Below are positions 7,107 to 13,867 of a stretch of 14,590 nucleotides of DNA, in pieces. The stretch lies in contig JANOQV010000260.1 in assembly GCA_031414955.1 (NCBI GenBank), forward strand, positions 1 through 14,590, read 5' to 3'. Each line of letters begins with the position of its first letter. The stretch's first letter is position 1. The notes under the pieces were generated by a model. The model worked only from the letters and a program-made list of their open reading frames with translations. It was not told the origin of the DNA and ran no database searches. The DNA comes from Pedosphaera sp. (GTDB lineage Bacteria; Verrucomicrobiota; Verrucomicrobiia; Limisphaerales; SIBH01). Both the position numbers and the translations under genes were made by a program.

Positions 7107-8654
7107 ATGTCCAACTGCAAGCGGCCGCGTTTTCTTCGTGCCATCGTGCTGATGGCTTCCTTGGTGGCACTGTCCGGCGTGCGCGCCTTTGATCCTGAAA
7201 CCATCGGCTTGTCGGCCTTGCGGCGGGAACGGCCCGGTCTCACCGGAGCGGGCGTGCGCGTGGCCCAACCCGAGGGCGAAGTCGGCCCGGGGGCCTGGCA
7301 GGTCCAGCCGTCCGTGAACGGCTCGGTGCTTTTCACCTGGGCCTCCGACCTCGGCCTGGCCACAAATTATCCCAACGCAGTCGGCTCCGCTTCCGGTCAC
7401 GCCAATGGCGTGGGTGAGGTTCTGTTTGGTTCCACCTACGGAGTGGCTCCCGGCGTGACTTCCGTGGACAGCTACGAGGGAAACTATTTCATCAACGCTT
7501 TCGTCGTCGGCCTGCAACCCATTCCCGCCCGAATCATCAACCAGAGCTTCATCATCACCGAACTGCCTTCCACCAATGTTGATTTTTACTACGACGCCTA
7601 CACTGAACAATACGACGTGTTGTTCATCTCCGGGGTAAACAACGCGCCGGGCACGCCCCCCGCGCCCGGCACGGCCTACAACAGCATCGCGGTGGGAGTT
7701 TATTTCGAGGGCTCGCAGAGCAGCATCGGACCGACCATCGACGGCCGATCCAAGCCCGACCTGGTTTCGGTCGAACCGGTGTCCAGCACGGCCACTCCCG
7801 ATGTCGCGGGCGGCGCGGCCCTCTTGCTGCAAGCGGCCGCGGCCGAGGACGCGGGACCAGGCACGGCAGCCCTCGCCACCAACGCCACCACCATCAAGGC
7901 GCTCCTGCTCAATGGCGCGGTGAAGATGACGAACTGGACGAACGGCGCAACCCGCCCGCTGGATGCGCGCTACGGCGCAGGCGTTTTGAACATCTACAAC
8001 TCCGACCAGCAATTGCGCGGCGGACGTTTCGCCGCCCGGGCGACGAACGGCGTGAGCGTCGGCGCGCCGCATCCGCCCACCGGCGCCACCAACGACCTGC
8101 CAGCGCGGCGCGGCTGGGATGTGAGCACCATCGAGAGCACCGTGGCCCAGGATCAAATCGCGCATTACTGCTTCACGCTGCCGGCCAGCAGCGCCACGCA
8201 CGCCGTCACCGCCACCTTGGTCTGGAAGAAAATTGGAGTCGGCGCGCTGACCAATCTCGACCTGTTCCTCTACCACATGGCGAGCAACACGCTGGTCGCA
8301 TCTTCCACGAGCGCAGTGGACAACGTGGAGCATCTCTTTGTGCCCAGCCTGAGGGCGGGCCGCTATGACTTGCAGGTGCTCAAACGCGGCGGGGCAGAAC
8401 GAGCGGGCCACCAAAGCTACGCTCTCGCGTTCGATTTTTCGCCGACCAGCTTGACCATCGCCCGCTCCGGCCTGAACCACGTCCTGTCCTGGCCGGCCTC
8501 GCCGGCGGGCTTCTCGCTCCAATCCTCGCCGTCGTTGAATGATCCCCTGCTCTGGCAGGCCGTCACCAACCAGTCCGCGCTCAGCAATGCGCAGAATACG
8601 ACCCTGCTTTCCGCCGGCGATTCGACGCGATTCTTCCGTCTCTTCCGACCTTGA
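7107..8654 (+). CDS. Secreted subtilisin-like (S8) peptidase with PPC-like beta-sandwich and C-terminal FFR domain
   Basis: Signal peptide, then LTGAGVRVAQPE, SGHANGVG, YGVAPG, IINQSF, SGVNN, YNSIAVG, DGRSKPDLV, SSTATPDVAGGAALL, IKALLLNGA and YGAGVLN. The accessory domain reads TATLVW...NLDLFL...DNVEH. The start could be 7065. Confidence 0.88.
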   Translation: MSNCKRPRFLRAIVLMASLVALSGVRAFDPETIGLSALRRERPGLTGAGVRVAQPEGEVGPGAWQVQPSVNGSVLFTWASDLGLATNYPNAVGSASGHANGVGEVLFGSTYGVAPGVTSVDSYEGNYFINAFVVGLQPIPARIINQSFIITELPSTNVDFYYDAYTEQYDVLFISGVNNAPGTPPAPGTAYNSIAVGVYFEGSQSSIGPTIDGRSKPDLVSVEPVSSTATPDVAGGAALLLQAAAAEDAGPGTAALATNATTIKALLLNGAVKMTNWTNGATRPLDARYGAGVLNIYNSDQQLRGGRFAARATNGVSVGAPHPPTGATNDLPARRGWDVSTIESTVAQDQIAHYCFTLPASSATHAVTATLVWKKIGVGALTNLDLFLYHMASNTLVASSTSAVDNVEHLFVPSLRAGRYDLQVLKRGGAERAGHQSYALAFDFSPTSLTIARSGLNHVLSWPASPAGFSLQSSPSLNDPLLWQAVTNQSALSNAQNTTLLSAGDSTRFFRLFRP

Positions 8655-8724
8655 GCGCCGAAAACGGGCGGAAGTTATTCACATTTTGAAGCGCCGTCCC
8701 GACGGCCCCGTCGAACTGTGACTT

Positions 8725-9198
8725 ATGAACCCTGTCGGAATTTCAAGCCGGGTCGCGTTCTTCATTCTGAGTTTCTGCCTGGCGCTTTCTGCCGCCGTCC
8801 CGCTTGCGCCGCCCACTCTGGATAAAGTTTTTGTGCAGGTCATCTGGGGTACCGACCAACCCCGCCCCACCGGCACGAGCTACCGCGAGATCGGCCCCAA
8901 ACTCAGCGCCAAGCTTTCGCCTGTATTTCGTTGGCAACACTACTGGGAAACGGAACGACAAACCGTGAGGCTCGATCCGGCCCGGATCACCAAAGTGCAA
9001 CTCGCCAACCAACGCGCCTTGGAACTGGAGCGCCTGAAATCTGGGGAGATCGAGGTGCGCCTTTTCCTCAAGGGCGGTCTGGTGTCCAAGTCGCGCTATT
9101 CTTCCAGCGGCTGCATGGCCATCCTGGGCGGCGAGCACGAGAGCAAGGATTCCTACTTCATCGTCGCGCGTTCGGATGCACCGACGACGACGGAGTGA
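8725..9198 (+). CDS. Small exported hypothetical protein
   Basis: 157 aa with a signal-peptide-like N-terminus (…FFILSFCLALSAA) and protein-like composition (VQVIWGTD, VFRWQHYWE). It fills the gap between the S8 gene and efp. Confidence 0.8.
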   Translation: MNPVGISSRVAFFILSFCLALSAAVPLAPPTLDKVFVQVIWGTDQPRPTGTSYREIGPKLSAKLSPVFRWQHYWETERQTVRLDPARITKVQLANQRALELERLKSGEIEVRLFLKGGLVSKSRYSSSGCMAILGGEHESKDSYFIVARSDAPTTTE

Positions 9199-9359
9199 AA
9201 GAGAAGCGGCGCGAATCACTCGCCGGCCGCACCCGGCACGCGGGCCTTCGGCGGCGAAGAAAGCAATGCAGGGTTCCGTGAACAGACCTGCCCTTCCTTT
9301 CATCAAACGGGAACGCCAGCAAGTGGACGATGCCAGCCGGCACCTGCCTTGCAGGCACG

Positions 9360-9387
9360 AAAAAGCCCGGCATCCAATGCCGGGCTT
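9360..9387 (-). terminator. Rho-independent terminator of efp
   Basis: Perfect 11-bp stem AAGCCCGGCAT-cca-ATGCCGGGCTT (9363-9387). On the - strand it runs into TTTTT, 26 nt after the efp stop. Confidence 0.85.
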
Positions 9388-9413
9388 GGTTCAAATCTCC
9401 ACCCAAGAATCGC

Positions 9414-9971
9414 TCAGGCGCGTTCCATGTACTTCCCGGTGCGGGTGTCCACCTTGATTTTCTCGCCCGTCTTGATGAAGAGCGGAGCCTGCACCGTGAT
9501 GCCGGTTTCGACAATAATCGCCTTCTGGACATTGTTGGCCGAGTCGCCGCGCACCCCATCGGGCGCGTCGGTCACCTTGAGCACCACGCTGGAGGGGATT
9601 TCAATCGCCACCGCCTTCTCCTCCACAAAGGTCACCGTGGCCACGCCGTTCTCGACGAGGTAGTTGCGCGCGTCGCCCACCAGTTCCGCCAGGAGCGTGA
9701 CCGTCTCGAAATTTTCGGGGTCGGAGAAGACGTAGTCCTCTCCGTCCTTGTAGCTGAACTCCATCTTGCGGGTCATCATCGGGATGACTTCGATCCGTTC
9801 GGTGGAACTGAAGCGCACATCGGAGGACCGACCGGTCTTGAGGCTGCGGAGGGTCGCCTGGACGAAGGCGCGAAGGTTGCCCGGCGTGCGGTGCTGCATG
9901 TCGAGCACCACGGTCACGTCCCCGTTGTGAATGATCGCCATGCCCCGGCGAAGGTCGTTTGCTGTTGCCAT
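9414..9971 (-). CDS. efp: Translation elongation factor P
   Basis: 185 aa. Motifs ANDLRRG, HRTPGNLRAFVQ, DPENFE, PDGVRGDSA and ETGITVQAPLFIKTGEKIKVDTRTGKYMERA. Confidence 0.97.
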   Translation of the reverse strand: MATANDLRRGMAIIHNGDVTVVLDMQHRTPGNLRAFVQATLRSLKTGRSSDVRFSSTERIEVIPMMTRKMEFSYKDGEDYVFSDPENFETVTLLAELVGDARNYLVENGVATVTFVEEKAVAIEIPSSVVLKVTDAPDGVRGDSANNVQKAIIVETGITVQAPLFIKTGEKIKVDTRTGKYMERA

Positions 9972-10023
9972 AAATTCTTGTTTTGATCCGCCTTACCGGT
10001 TTGTCCGGGGCGCGGGAACGGGG

Positions 10024-10051
10024 AAGTTAGGGAACGAAACCTCCATTGCAA
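10024..10051 (-). promoter_or_regulatory. Putative sigma70 promoter for efp
   Basis: On the - strand, TTGCAA-N16-TAACTT, about 50 nt upstream of the efp ATG. Confidence 0.45.
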
Positions 10052-10123
10052 GCGCGGAGTTTGATCCGGGCGATCGCGGCCCGGGCTGGGGGCGCGGCGG
10101 GGCCTGAACTGCGGACAAAGTTT

Positions 10124-10153
10124 TTGCCAAATGAAGCGGAATTCCTCCACACT
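10124..10153 (+). promoter_or_regulatory. Putative sigma70 promoter for the Rieske/cytochrome b operon
   Basis: TTGCCA-N18-CACACT, ending 17 nt before ATG 10171. Confidence 0.35.
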
Positions 10154-10170
10154 CGTCCGAGACATCGCTC

Positions 10171-10725
10171 ATGGAAAACTCGCAGTGCGAACATTGCCCA
10201 GGCTCGGACCGGCGCGGCTTCATCAAGAAAGCCGCGTGTCACGTTCTCGGTGCGATCATCACTCTCGTTCCGTTTGGCGCGGGGCTGGCCGTCTGGATCG
10301 ATCCGGCGCGGCGCAAGGCGGCGGCGGGCGGTCAGGTGGTGCGGGTGGCCAGTCTCAGCGCCCTGCCGGATGACGGCGTGCCGCGCAAGTTCGCCGTGCT
10401 GGCCAGCCGGGTGGATGCCTGGAATAAATCGCCCGAGACGGCGATTGGGGCGGTCTATCTCCGACGGGAAAAGGGGGCTCCGCCGCGCGCCTTCAACGTG
10501 GTCTGTCCGCACGCCGGCTGCTTCGTGGATTACCTGGCGGCGCGGGAAAGTTATCTCTGTCCCTGCCACAACAGCACCTTCGCCCTCGACGGCAGGATCA
10601 ACGATCCGAAAAGCCCGTCGCCGCGCGGCCTGGATGAACTCGAGGTTGAGGTCCGCCAGGGCACCGAGGTGTGGGTGAAGTTTCAGAACTACCGCGCGGG
10701 CGTGGCCCAGAAAATCCCGTCATGA
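10171..10725 (+). CDS. qcrA: Rieske [2Fe-2S] subunit of a quinol:cytochrome c oxidoreductase (QcrA/PetC-like)
   Basis: Twin-arginine motif DRRGFIK plus a TM helix. Rieske boxes CPHAGC and CPCHNS, then SPRGL. Its TGA overlaps the next ATG (ATGA, 10722-10725). Confidence 0.93.
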   Translation: MENSQCEHCPGSDRRGFIKKAACHVLGAIITLVPFGAGLAVWIDPARRKAAAGGQVVRVASLSALPDDGVPRKFAVLASRVDAWNKSPETAIGAVYLRREKGAPPRAFNVVCPHAGCFVDYLAARESYLCPCHNSTFALDGRINDPKSPSPRGLDELEVEVRQGTEVWVKFQNYRAGVAQKIPS

Positions 10726-12548
10726 AAAAGCTCCAGGCGCTCTACGGCTGGCTCGACCACCGGACGGGCTGTCAGAAGTTGCTCCACGAGACGCTTTATG
10801 AAAACGTGCCCGGCGGCTCGCGCTGGCGTTACGTCTGGGGCAGCACGCTGAGCTTCGCCTTCATGGTCCAGGTCATCACGGGCGTGTTCCTGTGGATGGC
10901 CTACTCACCCAGTTCTCAGACCGCCTGGGAAAGCGTGAATTACATCCAGCAGGAGATGTGGGGCGGCTGGCTGCTCCGCGGCCTTCATCACTTCACCGCC
11001 CAGGCCATGACGGTGCTGCTCGTCTTTCACCTCATGCAGGTGGTCATCGATGGCGCTTACAAGGCGCCGCGTGAGATCAACTTCTTCTTCGGCATGGTGC
11101 TGCTGCTGCTCGTGCTGGGACTCTCCCTCACCGGTTACTTGCTGCCCTGGGATCAGAAGGGCTACTGGGCCACCAAGGTCGCGACCAACATCATGGCCAT
11201 TACGCCCTTCATCGGGCCGGAACTGCAAAAGATTGTCATCGGGGGCGCGGACTATGGGCATCACACCCTGACGCGCTTCTTCGCGCTTCACGCCGGGGTG
11301 TTGCCGGGACTGGTCATCCTCTTCATCGTGGGACATGTGTATCTGTTCCGGAAACACGGACTCACCGCCGCCCAGCCGAAGACCAGGCCCGATTGTGCCT
11401 TTTGGCCCGACCAAGTGCTCAAGGACGCTGTCGCCTGCCTGGCCGTGATGGCGGTCGTGCTCTTCTTCATCGTGAAGCCGAGGCTTTTTGGCGGCGGCGA
11501 ACTGGGCGCGGAGTTGGGCGGCCCCGCTGACCCGAGCGAGAGCTACGCGGCGGCGCGGCCGGAATGGTACTTCCTCTTCCTGTTCCAGTTCCTCAAGGCC
11601 GAGTGGCTCGTGAAAATCTTCGGCCATCAAGGTGAACTGGTCGGAGCCATCATCATTCCCTCCATGGTCATGGGGTTATTGTTTGCCATGCCCTTCATCG
11701 GAAAATGGAAGCTCGGCCATCGCTTCAACCTCGGCTTGCTGGGCGCGATTTTTGCCGGCGCGGCCCTGCTCACCTTCCAGGCCGTGCAGGAGGACCGGCG
11801 TAAACCCGAATACCTCGCCTCCGTCCAGCAGGCCGAGCGCGAGGCCCATCGCGTCAAGGAACTGGCCCGCGCGCGCGGCATTCCGTTGGGCGGCGCGGTG
11901 GAGTTATTGCGCCAAGACGCGTTCACCCAGGGGCCGAAGCTGTTCGCGAAAAACTGCGCGAGCTGCCATCGCTACCAAGGCCACAACGGGCTGGGCGAAC
12001 TGGTGCCGGAGGCCCAGTCCGCGCCCGACCTCAAACACTTTGCCTCGCGCGAATGGATCGCCGGTCTGCTCGATCCGAAACTGGTTTCCGCGACCAACTA
12101 TTTCGGCGGGACCAAGTTCGCGGACGGCAAGATGGCCAAGTTCGTCAAGAAGGACGCCGCTGGTTTCACCCCCGATCAACTCCGCCAGATCGCGGCCGCC
12201 CTCTCCGCGGAAGCACAACTGCCTGCGCAAACCGCCGCCGACCAGCGCGACGCCGCGCTCCTCGAGGAAGGCCGCAAGTTCATCGCTTCCGAGACCGGCC
12301 GCTGCACCGAGTGTCACCAGTTCCGCAAGCAAGACCACGAAGCCACCGCCCCCGACCTGAGCGGCTACGGCTCGCGCGCGTGGCTCATCAGCCTGATCTC
12401 AAATCCCAAACACGAGCGATTCTACGGCGCGCGCAACGACCGCATGCCCGCCTTCGGCGAGGAGAAAATCCTCAACCCTCGGGCCATCGAAATGATCGCC
12501 GACTGGTTGCGTGCTCCCGAAGGCCAGACCGCGCCCGCGCCGCCTTGA
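10722..12548 (+). CDS. Cytochrome b (b6-like plus subunit-IV-like, unsplit) fused to a dihaem cytochrome c
   Basis: GWLLRGLHH...FH, TGYLLPWDQKGYWA, LTRFFALH...GH, FWPDQ and the Qo motif PEWY. Two CxxCH motifs (CASCH near 11955, CTECH near 12303) have candidate distal Met residues. Translationally coupled to the Rieske gene. Confidence 0.93.
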   Translation: MKKLQALYGWLDHRTGCQKLLHETLYENVPGGSRWRYVWGSTLSFAFMVQVITGVFLWMAYSPSSQTAWESVNYIQQEMWGGWLLRGLHHFTAQAMTVLLVFHLMQVVIDGAYKAPREINFFFGMVLLLLVLGLSLTGYLLPWDQKGYWATKVATNIMAITPFIGPELQKIVIGGADYGHHTLTRFFALHAGVLPGLVILFIVGHVYLFRKHGLTAAQPKTRPDCAFWPDQVLKDAVACLAVMAVVLFFIVKPRLFGGGELGAELGGPADPSESYAAARPEWYFLFLFQFLKAEWLVKIFGHQGELVGAIIIPSMVMGLLFAMPFIGKWKLGHRFNLGLLGAIFAGAALLTFQAVQEDRRKPEYLASVQQAEREAHRVKELARARGIPLGGAVELLRQDAFTQGPKLFAKNCASCHRYQGHNGLGELVPEAQSAPDLKHFASREWIAGLLDPKLVSATNYFGGTKFADGKMAKFVKKDAAGFTPDQLRQIAAALSAEAQLPAQTAADQRDAALLEEGRKFIASETGRCTECHQFRKQDHEATAPDLSGYGSRAWLISLISNPKHERFYGARNDRMPAFGEEKILNPRAIEMIADWLRAPEGQTAPAPP

Positions 12549-12571
12549 ATGGTCGTCCGCAACTTGCCGGT

Positions 12572-12598
12572 GAACAATTTCCCCGACGCCCGGTCTGA
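12572..12598 (+). promoter_or_regulatory. Putative ECF (sigmaE-like) promoter
   Basis: GAACAA-N16-TCTGA resembles the GAACtt-N16-TCTGA/TCAAA RpoE consensus. It ends 9 nt before ATG 12608. Confidence 0.55.
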
Positions 12599-12607
12599 AC
12601 CACCATC

Positions 12608-13390
12608 ATGCGCTTCCGACTCCTCCTGATTTTGCTCGCCGCGCCGTGGTTGGTCAGAGGTGCGACCCACCTGCCCGCCGCCTCGAATCTCGTCGCCCGA
12701 GTGGTAACCCGCGCCAAGGAAGTGGCGCATGACACCCAGACCAACCACTACACCTACGACAAGCGCAGCCTCGTCAGCGAATTGGACGAGAAAGGCGCCG
12801 TGACCCAGACCACCGAGAAGCTCTACCGCGTGGTGTTGATTGGCGGCCTCTCCTTCCCAAAGCTGGTCAAACTCCAGGGCCGCGACCTCTCGCCCAAGGA
12901 GTTGGAGAAGGAGACGCAGCGCGAGATCGCCTTCCGCCAGCGCCTCACGCGCGTGGATGTGAAGAAAAAATCCCGGCGCAAGGAAGGTCTCGCCACGCAG
13001 GAACTGGTGGACCGCTTCGACTTCCAGGTCACCAAGCGGGAGTTGATCGCCGATCGTCCAACCCTGGTCGTCACCTTCGTCCCGCGCCCCGGCGGCGCGG
13101 ACGATTCCATGGAAGACAAGATTTACCGCCAGGTGACCGGCACCATCTGGGTCGATGAAGACGAGGCGGAGATAACCAAGCTTGACGCGCGGGTCAAAGG
13201 GCCGGTTCCGCTCGGCTGGTTCGGTGCGGCCGGCTCGCTCAACCAGTTCCACGCCACCTTCGAGCGACTCCGTCTGCCCGATGGCGTGTGGGTCAATCGC
13301 AAGAGCGTTTTCACAGTCATGGCGCGCAAGCTTTTCACCGCGCTGCGCTCCCGGACCACCGAAGAGTCGAGCGGCTTCCGGCGCGAATAG
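12608..13390 (+). CDS. Exported hypothetical protein, possibly LolA/MucB-like beta fold
   Basis: Signal peptide MRFRLLLILLAAPWLVRG. The YTY...FDF...VVTFVP...GTIWVDEDEAEITK...DGVWV pattern recalls outer-membrane lipoprotein-sorting-like folds. The fold call is weak. Confidence 0.8.
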   Translation: MRFRLLLILLAAPWLVRGATHLPAASNLVARVVTRAKEVAHDTQTNHYTYDKRSLVSELDEKGAVTQTTEKLYRVVLIGGLSFPKLVKLQGRDLSPKELEKETQREIAFRQRLTRVDVKKKSRRKEGLATQELVDRFDFQVTKRELIADRPTLVVTFVPRPGGADDSMEDKIYRQVTGTIWVDEDEAEITKLDARVKGPVPLGWFGAAGSLNQFHATFERLRLPDGVWVNRKSVFTVMARKLFTALRSRTTEESSGFRRE

Positions 13391-13469
13391 ATCTGGCCGC
13401 GGTCCCGCCTGGAACAGAGGCAGCCGATTCGCTGCGCCTGGTCTCAATGCGCCCCACCGCTTCACAGTA

Positions 13470-13517
13470 CGGCGGGAACACCAGCCAGGTCGGTGCCCTG
13501 CTGGATTGTTCCCACCG
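13470..13517. terminator. Imperfect hairpin between the convergent hypothetical and XRE genes
   Basis: CGGCGGGAACA-CCAGC ... GCTGG-AT-TGTTCCCACCG. No U-tract is present. Confidence 0.35.
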
Positions 13518-13519
13518 GA

Positions 13520-13744
13520 TCACTTCATGCCCCGCACTAAATCTTTGATTTGAACGTCCAGGGCCCGGGCAATTCGCAGCAAGGCATCCACCGAAACAGT
13601 CTGCCTTCCGTTTTCGAGCAACGAGATGAACACCACGGACAGGGCGGCCTTTTCAGCCAAGGCTTCTTGAGTAAGCTCGGCCCGCTTGCGGCAGGTGCGG
13701 AGCGCTTCTCCCAGGATGCGGCGATGTGGTGGTGCTGAAGGCAC
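13520..13744 (-). CDS. XRE-family (HTH_3) transcriptional regulator
   Basis: LGEALRTCRKRAELTQEALAEKAALSVVFISLLENGRQTVSVDALLRIARALDV is a classic Cro/C1 helix-turn-helix. Start is GTG 13744 or TTG 13759. Confidence 0.9.
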   Translation of the reverse strand: MPSAPPHRRILGEALRTCRKRAELTQEALAEKAALSVVFISLLENGRQTVSVDALLRIARALDVQIKDLVRGMK

Positions 13745-13867
13745 ACCGAACGACAGCAAAGCGGCGGCTCAGGGACCATTTAGTATAGTTTAATTCCTCT
13801 TGCCTGCGGGAATTCGCTGTGGCCTCATGGTAGTGACACCTTCGGGAATCCAAAAAACCTAGCTCGT

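Noticed and set aside
7095..8522. 475-aa - strand ORF
   Set aside because: Antisense shadow of the subtilase, with no recognisable motifs.
12422..13465. 347-aa - strand ORF
   Set aside because: Antisense to the 12608 gene and the cytochrome 3' end, with no motifs.
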